Assembly (NCBI GenBank): GCA_904397205.1
Contig: CAJFOO010000017.1
Coordinates: 6,098 to 70,097, forward strand
Length of the DNA stretch: 64,000 nt
Reading direction: 5' to 3'
Source of the DNA: an uncultured Clostridia bacterium
Lineage (GTDB): Bacteria > Bacillota > Clostridia > Oscillospirales > Acutalibacteraceae
Of the stretch, positions 55,985 to 64,000 are shown piece after piece. The number at the start of each line of letters is the position of its first letter. Position 1 is the first letter of the stretch. The position numbers were made by a program, and so were the translations under genes. The notes beneath the pieces are model-generated. The model was given only the letters and a program-made list of their open reading frames with translations, was not told the DNA's origin and made no database searches.

Positions 55985-57628
55985 TCAATCTAAAAATTTG
56001 CGGGTATATGAGGTGAGTTCCTCCAGCTTTTGCAGGGCTTTGCCCGTGTCGATGGAGGACTGCGCCAGGGCGATCCCCTCTTGGATAGACGGCACGGTTC
56101 CTCCCGCATATAAGGCGCAGGCGGCGTTGAGCACCACAATGTCCCGCTGGGGGCCGGGTTTTCCCTGTAGGATTTCCCGTGTGATCTGTGCGTTTTGTTC
56201 GGCATCACCGCCCTGTACCTGCTCTTTTTCCACAGGGGAAAGCCCAAATTCTTCCGGGCGGATTTCGTATTTGACGAGTTTGCCGTCCCGGATTTCGCAG
56301 ACCTTGGTGGGGGCGCAAAGGGAAACCTCGTCAAGTCCGTCGTTGCCATGCACAATCATGGCGGAGGCGATCCCCAGGCGGGAGAGGACCTGTGCCATAG
56401 GCTCCATAAGGGCTTCGTCATACACGCCCAGCAACAGGTATTCGGTGAGAGCGGGGTTGCACAGAGGACCGAGCAGGTTAAATACCGTGCGCACACCGGA
56501 TTCCCGGCGGGCGGCGGCGGCAAACCGGAGGGAACCGTGGAATTTTGGGGCGAACAGGAAGGAAATCCCGCAGGCATGCAGACAATCGGCAGCCTGCTGC
56601 GGGGTGAGGGAAAGGTTCACCCCGAGGGCTTCGAGGACGTCCGCCGCCCCGCTTTTGCTGGATACGCTCCGGTTGCCGTGCTTGGCGACGGGCAGTCCGG
56701 CGCCCGCTACGACAAAGGAAGCAGTGGTGGAGATATTGAATGTATTGGATAGATCCCCGCCGGTGCCCACAATATCGATGGAATGCGTGGCTTCGGGGAC
56801 AATCGCGGCTTTCTGGCGCATGGCTTTGGCAAACCCGGTGAGTTCCTCCGGGGTTTCGCCTTTCATGCGCAGGGCAATCATCAGCGCGCTGATCTGGGAA
56901 TCCGTCGCGCCGCCGCTCATAATGCAGTCCATGGCGGAAAATGCTTCCGTTTCGGTTAAATCCTGGCGGTCGATCACTTTGGAGATAAACGGCTTTAATG
57001 CCGTCCGTTTTTCGGGCGGGATAGGCGGGGAAGTGTGTACACAGGAAAGAGGAAGCTGCGCCGCATATACCAGGAAATTGCGCAGAAGGAGGGAACCGCA
57101 CTCGGTAAGGATGGATTCTGGATGGAACTGCATTCCAAAGGTGGGATGTTCCCGGTGGCGCAGTGCCATAATTTGCCCGTCCTCGTCGCGGGCCAGGATT
57201 TCCAGGCAGTCCGGCAGGGTACTTTCTTCCACCATCAGGGAATGGTAACGGGCAACCTGGATGCTTTCCGGCAGACCATGGAACAGAGGGCAGGAGGACT
57301 GGACGGCAATTTCGCTGGCTTTGCCGTGCATCAGATGGCGGGCCTGCACGACCGCTCCGCCGAATGCCTCGCCAATGGCCTGGTGCCCCAGGCATACCCC
57401 AAGGATAGGGAGAGATCCGCTGAAAGCCCGGACGATATCCAAGGTAATCCCGGCGTCCTTGGGATAGCCGGGACCGGGGGACAGGACGATGGCTTTGGGG
57501 GCGAGTTCAGGGATTTCCTCCAAGGTGATCTGATCGTTGCGCACCACCTGGATGTGAGGATATAGCTGGCCAATCATTTGATACAGGTTATAGGTGAATG
57601 AATCATAATTATCGATTAGTAAAATCAT
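55985..57628 (-). CDS. trpGD: bifunctional anthranilate synthase component II / anthranilate phosphoribosyltransferase (TrpG-TrpD fusion)
   Basis: The ATG after GGAGGA gives MILLIDNYDSFTYNLYQ. GATase GVCLGHQ in the N-terminal 190 aa. TrpD-type GTGGDLSNTFNIST in the C-terminal 340 aa. Confidence 0.9.
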   Translation of the reverse strand: MILLIDNYDSFTYNLYQMIGQLYPHIQVVRNDQITLEEIPELAPKAIVLSPGPGYPKDAGITLDIVRAFSGSLPILGVCLGHQAIGEAFGGAVVQARHLMHGKASEIAVQSSCPLFHGLPESIQVARYHSLMVEESTLPDCLEILARDEDGQIMALRHREHPTFGMQFHPESILTECGSLLLRNFLVYAAQLPLSCVHTSPPIPPEKRTALKPFISKVIDRQDLTETEAFSAMDCIMSGGATDSQISALMIALRMKGETPEELTGFAKAMRQKAAIVPEATHSIDIVGTGGDLSNTFNISTTASFVVAGAGLPVAKHGNRSVSSKSGAADVLEALGVNLSLTPQQAADCLHACGISFLFAPKFHGSLRFAAAARRESGVRTVFNLLGPLCNPALTEYLLLGVYDEALMEPMAQVLSRLGIASAMIVHGNDGLDEVSLCAPTKVCEIRDGKLVKYEIRPEEFGLSPVEKEQVQGGDAEQNAQITREILQGKPGPQRDIVVLNAACALYAGGTVPSIQEGIALAQSSIDTGKALQKLEELTSYTRKFLD

Positions 57629-57641
57629 CCGGGTTCCTCCT

Positions 57642-59111
57642 TCACAGCTTCGCAGCCTCTTGAATGGCGTTGACCACAGCCAGGGCTTTGTGTTTTGTCT
57701 CCTCATATTCCTTTTCCGGCACAGAGTCCGCTACAATCCCCGCACCTGCCTGCACATAGGCTTTCCCATGCCGGAACAGCACCGTACGGATGGCGATGCA
57801 GGTATTGATATTGCCGTCAAATCCCAGGTAGCCTACAGTCCCGCCGTAAAGCCCCCGCTGGGTCTTTTCCATTTCGTCGATGCGTTCCATGGCGCGCACC
57901 TTGGGGGCTCCCGAAAGAGTGCCCGCCGGCAGGACCGCAAGCAGGGCATCGATCGCCGTTTTGTCCCCGCGCAGTTTGCCTTCCACGTCGCTGACCAGAT
58001 GCATCACCTTGGAATACCGTTCGATCTGCATGAAGCTGGTCACTTCTACCGTGCCGAATTCACTGACTTTTCCCACGTCGTTGCGTCCCAGATCCACGAG
58101 CATGGTATGTTCTGCCCGTTCCTTGGGGTCGTGCAGCAGGGTTTGCTCCAGCTTTTTGTCTGCGTCAGGAGTAGCTCCCCGTCCGATGGTGCCGGCGATC
58201 GGTTTGGTATGCACTACGCCGTCGGTGACGTTGACCAGCATTTCAGGGGAAGCGCCGGCAATGCAATATTCGGGATCTTTGAAAAAGTAGAGGTACGGGG
58301 ATGGGTTGGTAGCGCGGAGCATACGGTATACGTCAAAGGGGGCGGGCGGGTTTTCGATTTCCAGGCGCTGGGAGAGGACAATCTGGAACATATCGCCATG
58401 GAGGATGTATTCTTTGGCCCGTTCCACCTGTGCCATATATTCTTCCTTCGTGACGTTGGAAGAAATCCGGCATTCTGCCTGGCTGGGTTTTTCCCGTGGG
58501 GCGGGGTGGTAGGTTTGCAGGATTTGCGTTAATTCTTCGGCCCGTTGTTCGCATTGCCGGTATTTGGCTTCAACGTCGCCGCCGTGGGAAACGTTGAGAA
58601 CCAGGATCGCCTTGTTGGTCAAATGATCGTAGGCGATGATTTCGTCGTATAAGAAAAGATGGCAGTCGGGCATTTGCAAATCGTCTTTTGGGGGATGGCA
58701 TAATTTCTTTTCGAGGTAGCGGACCGTGTCATAGGCAAAGTATCCGATAAGTCCGCTGGTGAGGGGCGGCATCTGGGAAAAAGTGGCGCAGCGATACTCT
58801 TCCATGAGGTAGGAGAGGAAAGACAAGGGGTTGTCAATGGGGCTTTCGGAAAGCTTCCCTTCGCGGGTAAAGGCGAGGGTTCCGTTTTTGATGCGGACTT
58901 CGGCCTTAGGACGCACGCCGATATAGGAATAGCGGCCCCATTGCTGGGAATTGTCCACGCTTTCGAGGATGCAGCAGCGTTCTTCCCCGGCTTCGAGGGC
59001 GTTGAAGATGTGGATCGGCGTGCAGGTGTCGGAGAGGATCTCCCGGCACACCGGGGCAAGACGGAAGGTTTTCAAAGCTTCCTGTACGGTTGGCAAATCG
59101 GGATACAGCAT
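57642..59111 (-). CDS. trpE: anthranilate synthase component I
   Basis: An internal ATG gives MLYPDLPTVQEAL. Chorismate-binding domain ending GAGIVADSVPEKEYEET. Confidence 0.9.
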   Translation of the reverse strand: MLYPDLPTVQEALKTFRLAPVCREILSDTCTPIHIFNALEAGEERCCILESVDNSQQWGRYSYIGVRPKAEVRIKNGTLAFTREGKLSESPIDNPLSFLSYLMEEYRCATFSQMPPLTSGLIGYFAYDTVRYLEKKLCHPPKDDLQMPDCHLFLYDEIIAYDHLTNKAILVLNVSHGGDVEAKYRQCEQRAEELTQILQTYHPAPREKPSQAECRISSNVTKEEYMAQVERAKEYILHGDMFQIVLSQRLEIENPPAPFDVYRMLRATNPSPYLYFFKDPEYCIAGASPEMLVNVTDGVVHTKPIAGTIGRGATPDADKKLEQTLLHDPKERAEHTMLVDLGRNDVGKVSEFGTVEVTSFMQIERYSKVMHLVSDVEGKLRGDKTAIDALLAVLPAGTLSGAPKVRAMERIDEMEKTQRGLYGGTVGYLGFDGNINTCIAIRTVLFRHGKAYVQAGAGIVADSVPEKEYEETKHKALAVVNAIQEAAKL

Positions 59112-59142
59112 GGCGAAACGATCTCCTTTCTCTAAAAAACGA

Positions 59143-59418
59143 AAATAAAAAGAGCCTATCCTCCCCCGCGCGGATTCCGCGCGATTGGGACGATAGACTC
59201 TCGTGGTGCCACCCAAATTCAGGGGCTGCAAAAAAAGCCCCCCTCTGTTTCAGATACGCAACAGGGATACCCCCGTATCAATATCCTACCCTTTAACGCA
59301 GGGATACGGCAACGGCTACCGGTCCAGCGGTTCACCGCGCTCCTCACAAACCCATTCCCTAAGCAGCGTGCGCGCCGGCTTCTCATCCACCGCCGGCTCT
59401 CTGTGGCGCCGTGTTGCC
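59143..59418 (-). promoter_or_regulatory. T-box leader (tRNA-Trp sensing) of the trp operon
   Basis: On the minus strand:
- Stem I base GGCAAC...GTTGCC with an AGAGAG element.
- Specifier-loop-like GGGAA-UGG-G, with UGG at 59352-59354.
- Stem III GGGGCT/AGCCCC.
- T-box sequence AATTTGGGTGGCACCACGA at 59201-59219.
- Terminator GAGAGTCTATCGTCCC...GGGAGGATAGGCTC followed by TTTTTATTTT. Confidence 0.8.
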
Positions 59419-59500
59419 AGGTACTTCCTTTTGTTCTTCGGATTTTTTTATTGTATGCGATTGTCTGCTTCATGTGGGTTCCCAAAAAGGAACTATCTTT

Positions 59501-59528
59501 ATTTTACTGCAAATTTCCCGGATGTCAA
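59501..59528 (-). promoter_or_regulatory. sigma-A promoter of the trp leader
   Basis: Minus strand TTGACA-16 nt-TAAAAT. Confidence 0.6.
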
Positions 59529-59570
59529 GAAATTTTTTTGCATGCAGGAAAAATTTTTTCCTATACGGCG

Positions 59571-59606
59571 ATGGAAAAACAAAAACGCCGTCAGTTACGA
59601 CGGCGT
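59571..59606 (-). terminator. intrinsic terminator after tRNA-Val
   Basis: 8-bp perfect stem ACGCCGTC / GACGGCGT, followed on the minus strand by TTTTTGTTTTT. Confidence 0.75.
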
Positions 59607-59615
59607 CCGGGGTGA

Positions 59616-59691
59616 TGGTGGGAGTAATAGGGCTCGAACCTATGACCCTCTGCTTGTAAGGCAGATGCTCTCCCAGCTGAGCTATACTCCC
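59616..59691 (-). tRNA. tRNA-Val (anticodon UAC), CCA encoded
   Basis: Hand-folded cloverleaf. Acceptor GGGAGTA/TACTCCC, D-arm GCTC-AGCTGGGA-GAGC, anticodon arm TCTGC-CTTACAA-GCAGA, T-arm ATAGG-TTCGAGC-CCTAT, discriminator A, then CCA. 76 nt. Confidence 0.9.
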
Positions 59692-59723
59692 AGGTTTTGG
59701 GGTTTGTCCTTGCGACGTGTATT

Positions 59724-59752
59724 ATCTTATCACAGCGGGAAGCGTCTGTCAA
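59724..59752 (-). promoter_or_regulatory. sigma-A promoter of tRNA-Val
   Basis: Minus strand consensus TTGACA-17 nt-TAAGAT, about 30 nt upstream of the tRNA 5' end and directly after the nth stop. Confidence 0.6.
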
Positions 59753-59760
59753 GAGTTTTT

Positions 59761-60447
59761 TCAAATTTTCGGCTGGGCACCGGAATTTTTTTGTTTTTTT
59801 GCGCCGGTTGGGGAAGAAGCCCCCGCCGCAAAGCGGCAGAAACTCTGCATACAGCAGATTTCACACTTGGGCTTGCGTGCGTCGCATACGGCCCTCCCAT
59901 GCAGTACGGTCCGGTGGCAGAAATCGTTCGATTCTTCGGGGGGAAGCAGGGCGCGCAGATCCTTTTCCACTTTCAGGGGGACTTTGCTGTCGGTCAGTCC
60001 CAGCCGTCCGGCGATACGGATGCAGTGGGTGTCGGTGACCACGGCGGGCTTGTGGTAGATGTCGCCCACAATCAGATTGGCGGTTTTCCGGCCCACGCCG
60101 GGCAGGGTCGTGAGGGCTTCCACGGTGTCGGGGACGACTCCGCCGAATTCGTCGGCGAGCTTGCGGCACATGGCGTAAATGTCGCGCGCTTTGGTTTTGT
60201 ACAGGCCGCAGGAACGGATAAGTTCGGCGATTTCTTCCTCCGATCCGTCCAGATAATCCTGTAAGGTAGGGAAGCGGGCGAACAGAGCGGGGGTTACCAG
60301 ATTGACGCGGGCGTCCGTACACTGGGCCGAAAGCCGGGTGGCTATTAGCAGCTCCAGCGGATTTTGATAGGTCAGGGAACACGTCGCGTCCGGATACGCT
60401 TCTTTGAGGGCTTCCACGGCCGCCAGCGCGCGTTGCTTTTTTGTCAT
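59761..60447 (-). CDS. nth: endonuclease III
   Basis: The ATG 8 nt after AAGGAG gives MTKKQRALAA. HhH-GPD motif LPGVGRKTANLI. C-terminal Fe-S cluster loop CDARKPKCEICCMQSFC. Confidence 0.9.
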   Translation of the reverse strand: MTKKQRALAAVEALKEAYPDATCSLTYQNPLELLIATRLSAQCTDARVNLVTPALFARFPTLQDYLDGSEEEIAELIRSCGLYKTKARDIYAMCRKLADEFGGVVPDTVEALTTLPGVGRKTANLIVGDIYHKPAVVTDTHCIRIAGRLGLTDSKVPLKVEKDLRALLPPEESNDFCHRTVLHGRAVCDARKPKCEICCMQSFCRFAAGASSPTGAKKQKNSGAQPKI

Positions 60448-60615
60448 GCGCAACTCTCCTTTAGGGATATTTCATTTTATTGTAGCGTATTTTGCCGCAA
60501 ACCACAAGGGAAAGTTGCAAAAGGATATTTCTTCACCCTTGCAAAAGACGGCGTTGTGTGCTAGAGTAAACGGGAACAGAAGATGCGGATCCTGGCGGAA
60601 AAAGGAGGAAGAAGG

Positions 60616-60990
60616 ATGCAGAAAAAATGCAGATACTGTGCCGGCGTATTCGATGGGAATGCGGCAAGCGAATGCTGCTGTGCCGAATGCGAAAAGAAAT
60701 ACCGGTCTTTTTCACAGTATTACAAAAAGTATAAAACCCTGTTTTACTGCCTGATCGGCGTAATACTTGCCTTGATTCTGGTGCCGGTATTCTACCGGCC
60801 CGCACAGATCTGCGCGCCGATCGCCTTGGTGCTCATGGGGCTGACGCTGTTTGTATTCCCGTTTGGCACGATTGGAAACAACCGCAAAAAAGGGATAAAA
60901 AAGACCGTGTTCCAAGTGCGTGCGCTGGCAGTGGTGGCGCTGGCGCTAGGGATAGGGTTCGGCATTTATATGTTGGTACGGATGCTTTAA
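60616..60990 (+). CDS. hypothetical membrane protein with N-terminal Cys-rich (zinc-ribbon-like) segment
   Basis: The ATG after AAAGGAGGAAGAAGG gives MQKKCRYCAGVFDGNAASECCCAECEKKY, followed by three hydrophobic helices. Confidence 0.45.
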   Translation: MQKKCRYCAGVFDGNAASECCCAECEKKYRSFSQYYKKYKTLFYCLIGVILALILVPVFYRPAQICAPIALVLMGLTLFVFPFGTIGNNRKKGIKKTVFQVRALAVVALALGIGFGIYMLVRML

Positions 60991-61026
60991 TATTGGAAGA
61001 TTATCACAAAAGAGGAGGGCGGAAGA

Positions 61027-61656
61027 ATGAAGCCTTGCCGTATGATCAACAAAATCTACTGGATTTTCCCGGCGGCGGCCCTGGCGCTGGCCGCTGCCGC
61101 CTATCCGTTTTTGCCCGAACAGCTGGTCTCGTACTGGGGGATGGATGACGGGGCGGATGCATCCTGGCACAAGGCATTTTTGTTTGCCATCCCTGCTTTG
61201 CTGGCGTTTTGCGCGTTTGTGTTTACCTGGCTGCCCACTCGCCGCACCAGCCGGCAGAACCGGGAACGCTTCCAAAAGGAAGCCGGGATTCTGCGGGTGT
61301 TGTTTTTCCTTGTGATCCTGGCAGTGGAGATCCTCATTATCCTGTTTGGCCTGGGATATGCGGTGGATGGCAAGCAGATTGCCTGTTTATGCTGCGGCGC
61401 GGCAATGGTTGTTGCGGGGTATTTTCTGCCCAAACTTTCCTCCCGCGGTAAGAAAGCCCAGGACGATCCGGCCCGGCTGTGCGGAAAGCAAGCCCTGCGG
61501 ATTGCCCAGCCGGTATGGATGGCCGGCGGGATAGTGTTTATGACGGCAGGACTGATCCCAGGCTGGGGCGCTGTTGCAGCTCCTGCTGCGGCTTTGGCAG
61601 CGATGCTGGGTGCGCCGGGGATCGGTTTTGCAGTTTGCGCCCGGCAGAGACGGTAA
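61027..61656 (+). CDS. DUF1648/SdpI-like polytopic membrane protein
   Basis: 209-aa ORF. SD GAGGAGGG. The N-terminus YPFLPEQLVSYWGMDDGADASW resembles DUF1648 (from memory). Confidence 0.5.
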   Translation: MKPCRMINKIYWIFPAAALALAAAAYPFLPEQLVSYWGMDDGADASWHKAFLFAIPALLAFCAFVFTWLPTRRTSRQNRERFQKEAGILRVLFFLVILAVEILIILFGLGYAVDGKQIACLCCGAAMVVAGYFLPKLSSRGKKAQDDPARLCGKQALRIAQPVWMAGGIVFMTAGLIPGWGAVAAPAAALAAMLGAPGIGFAVCARQRR

Positions 61657-61673
61657 TTTTTCTCTTTCCCGGC

Positions 61674-61702
61674 TTGCGCTTTTTCCGCAACCTATGTATA
61701 AT
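61674..61702 (+). promoter_or_regulatory. sigma-A promoter of glyA
   Basis: TTGCGC-17 nt-TATAAT. Confidence 0.6.
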
Positions 61703-61762
61703 AAAAACAGGTAACGTTCCTTTGGTGGGAATATTAGTTTTTAGAGAAAGAGGTGCAGTCCC

Positions 61763-63016
61763 ATGTATCAGGATATGATGGATACGATTGGATTTGTCAC
61801 GGGCTATGACCCGGAAGTTGGGCAGGCGATGAAAAAGGAACTGGAACGCCAGAAACGGAATCTGGAGCTCATCGCCTCGGAAAATATGGTTTCTCCCGCG
61901 GTGTTGGCTGCCGTGGGCAGCGTGCTGACGAACAAATATGCGGAAGGGTATCCGGGCAAACGCTACTACGGCGGCTGTGAATGCGTCGATGTGGTGGAAG
62001 ATATTGCCCGCAAGAGGGCCTGCGAATTGTTTGGCGCGGAACATGCCAATGTGCAGCCGCATTCCGGCGCACAGGCCAATATGGCGGTATATTTCGCCCT
62101 GATCCGCCCCGGGGATACCGTCATGGGCATGAATTTGGCAGAAGGCGGCCACCTGACCCATGGATCCCCGGTAAATATGTCTGGCAGCTATTACCATTTT
62201 GTGGAATATGGAGTGGATCCGGAGACCCACCGGATCGATTACGATAAGCTGGAAGCCCAGGCCAGGGAGGTCAAGCCGAAGCTGATTGTAGCGGGGGCCA
62301 GCGCCTATTCCCGGATTATTGATTTCCGCCGCTTCCGCGAAATTGCGGATGCTGTCGGGGCGCTTCTCATGGTAGATATGGCGCACATAGCCGGCCTGGT
62401 GGCGGCGGGCGTGCATCCGAATCCGGTCGAGCACGCGCATGTGGTGACCACCACCACCCACAAGACCCTGCGCGGTCCCCGCGGCGGCCTGATTCTGTGC
62501 AAGGAAGAATACGCCAAGGCGATTGACAAAGCGATTTTCCCCGGTATCCAGGGCGGCCCGCTGATGCATGTGATTGCAGGCAAGGCCGTCTGCTTTGGAG
62601 AGGCGCTCAAGCCGGAATTCAAAGAGTATGGCAAGCGGGTGGTGGAAAATGCCCAGGCGCTGGCCAAAGGCTTGACTTCGCGCGGGCTGAAGCTGGTTTC
62701 CGGCGGGACGGATAACCACCTGATGACCATCGATTTGAGCGGCAGCGAGCTGACCGGCAAGGAGCTGGAGCACCGGCTGGACGAGGTGTACATCACCGCC
62801 AACAAGAACACGGTTCCCAACGAGCAGCGCAGCCCGTTTGTTACCAGCGGCGTGCGGCTTGGCACCCCGGCTGTCACGACCCGTGGGCTGACCGCTGCCG
62901 ATATGGATAAGGTAGCGGAATGCATTGCACTGGCCGCCCAGGATTTCGAGCCGAATGTGGAAAAAATCCGGGGGATGGTCACGGATATCTGCCGCCGGTA
63001 CCCGTTATACGAATAA
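61763..63016 (+). CDS. glyA: serine hydroxymethyltransferase
   Basis: 417-aa [16 protein letters not shown] and [11 protein letters not shown] (PLP lysine). Confidence 0.95.
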   Translation: MYQDMMDTIGFVTGYDPEVGQAMKKELERQKRNLELIASENMVSPAVLAAVGSVLTNKYAEGYPGKRYYGGCECVDVVEDIARKRACELFGAEHANVQPHSGAQANMAVYFALIRPGDTVMGMNLAEGGHLTHGSPVNMSGSYYHFVEYGVDPETHRIDYDKLEAQAREVKPKLIVAGASAYSRIIDFRRFREIADAVGALLMVDMAHIAGLVAAGVHPNPVEHAHVVTTTTHKTLRGPRGGLILCKEEYAKAIDKAIFPGIQGGPLMHVIAGKAVCFGEALKPEFKEYGKRVVENAQALAKGLTSRGLKLVSGGTDNHLMTIDLSGSELTGKELEHRLDEVYITANKNTVPNEQRSPFVTSGVRLGTPAVTTRGLTAADMDKVAECIALAAQDFEPNVEKIRGMVTDICRRYPLYE

Positions 63017-63035
63017 GGACAGCATAGAGACAAGG

Positions 63036-63061
63036 AGCGGGCAGTTTGCCCGCTTTTTTTG
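63036..63061 (+). terminator. intrinsic terminator after glyA
   Basis: Stem AGCGGGC / GCCCGCT, followed by TTTTTTT. Confidence 0.8.
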
Positions 63062-63088
63062 TGATAAGGGAAGAAAGGATGGTTTTTT

Positions 63089-64000
63089 ATGGCGTCCCCT
63101 CTGGCAGAGCGCATCCGTCCCCAGACAATACAGGACATGGTGGGACAGTCCCATCTGCTGGCCCCGGGGAAGGCGCTGCGCAGTATCATCGAGTCGGGGG
63201 AAATCCCGAACCTGATTTTTTACGGCCCTTCCGGCGTAGGGAAGACCACGCTGGCTTCCATGATTGCCCGGCAGGTCAAAAAGAAGCTGTTCCGTCTCAA
63301 TGCCACCACGGCTTCCACGGCGGATATCAAGGAAGTATATGCCAGCCTGGATACGCTGGAAGGGATGCATGGGGTGGTGCTGTATCTGGACGAGATCCAG
63401 TATTTCAACAAAAAACAGCAGCAGACCCTGCTGGAATTTATTGAGGATGGGCGCATCACGCTGATTGCGTCCACCACGGAGAACCCATACTTTTATATAT
63501 ACAACGCGGTTTTAAGCCGGTGTACGGTATTTGAATTCCGTCCGGTGGAGCCAAAGGAGATGGAACGGGCTGTACAGCGGGGCTTTGATTTTTTGGTGCA
63601 GGAACGCGGGGAAAAAGCCGCACTCGAGGAGGGGGTTATCGAACACATTGCACTGTCGTGCGGCGGGGATGTGCGCAAAGCAATGAACGCCGTGGAGCTG
63701 TGCTTTCTTTCTGCCCCTTGGGAAGACGGCGTGCGCCGCATCTCGCTGGAGCAGGCACAGGCTTTGTCCCAGCGCAGCGCCATGCGGTATGATAAGGATG
63801 GGGAGGAGCATTATGATATCCTCTCCGCATTCCAGAAATCCATGCGCGGCTCCGATCCCCAGGCTGCCCTGCATTACCTGGCCCGCCTCCTGGAAGCCGG
63901 GGATCTGCCTTCGGCCTGCCGCCGCCTGTTGGTATGCGCCTGCGAGGATGTCGGGCTGGCCTGGCCGCAGATCCTGCCCACGGTAAAAGCCGCGGTGGAT
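63089..64000 (+). CDS. rarA: replication-associated recombination protein A (AAA+ ATPase), 5' partial; continues beyond the window
   Basis: Not in the ORF track because it is open at the window end. My translation gives MASPLAERIRPQTIQDMVGQSHLL, Walker A GPSGVGKTTLA, Walker B VLYLDEIQYF, and HYDILSAFQKSMRGSD. No stop codon through 64000. Confidence 0.9.
   Translation, partial: MASPLAERIRPQTIQDMVGQSHLLAPGKALRSIIESGEIPNLIFYGPSGVGKTTLASMIARQVKKKLFRLNATTASTADIKEVYASLDTLEGMHGVVLYLDEIQYFNKKQQQTLLEFIEDGRITLIASTTENPYFYIYNAVLSRCTVFEFRPVEPKEMERAVQRGFDFLVQERGEKAALEEGVIEHIALSCGGDVRKAMNAVELCFLSAPWEDGVRRISLEQAQALSQRSAMRYDKDGEEHYDILSAFQKSMRGSDPQAALHYLARLLEAGDLPSACRRLLVCACEDVGLAWPQILPTVKAAVD

Noticed and set aside
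1-64000. A window-wide search for CRISPR repeats, transposase or integrase genes, inverted terminal repeats, phage genes, toxin-antitoxin pairs, restriction-modification systems or other defence modules.
   Set aside because: I could find none by eye. There are no regularly spaced direct repeats. No ORF has recombinase, nuclease-toxin or methyltransferase motifs. Apart from short AT-rich intergenic segments, there is no compositionally deviant gene block.

Overview
This 64-kb window looks like core chromosome from a moderately high-GC, endospore-forming Clostridia-type Firmicute. That placement is an inference from the spoIVB-spo0A pair, a V-type ATPase operon, a T-box leader, a CIRCE operator and the TTG/GTG start usage.

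I can support about 60 protein genes, one tRNA-Val and a set of promoters, operators and terminators.

The coding content is almost entirely housekeeping:
- Redox, one-carbon and tRNA modification: trxB, a SEDS glycosyltransferase, fhs, tsaE-tsaB-rpiB, bioB, tmcAL.
- Central metabolism: ackA; an Lrp/AsnC regulator, aminotransferase, DUF362 and ispE operon; an ACT/UPF0210 pair.
- Ion handling: a nine-gene V-type ATPase operon, corA, a CDF transporter and a P-type ATPase.
- Stress, cell wall and sporulation: htpG, coaX, murE-murF, an NlpC/P60 hydrolase, spoIVB-spo0A.
- Other: an iron-containing alcohol dehydrogenase, an O-antigen-ligase-like protein, a complete trpE-GD-C-F-B-A operon, nth, glyA and the 5' part of rarA.

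I found no rRNA, CRISPR array, transposase or integrase, prophage remnant, or recognisable toxin or defence module. I also found no convincing evidence for a novel multi-gene system.

The signals most worth a second look are mainly non-coding or architectural:
- A roughly 320-nt structured leader or sRNA, containing a terminator, ahead of the V-ATPase operon.
- A Shine-Dalgarno-preceded, proline-containing 30-codon upstream ORF in the corA leader.
- Four helically phased WalR-type TGTWAH boxes on the NlpC/P60 promoter.
- A CIRCE operator on htpG.
- Perfect palindromes overlapping the spo0A and ackA promoters.
- An orphan Fe-S hydro-lyase beta-subunit gene translationally coupled to a CDF transporter.
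- A V-ATPase c/K subunit with a non-canonical N-terminal half.

All family calls rest on motifs read from the translations and on memory of family consensus sequences. No database search was possible. The many long antisense ORFs in the track are treated as high-GC shadow ORFs.
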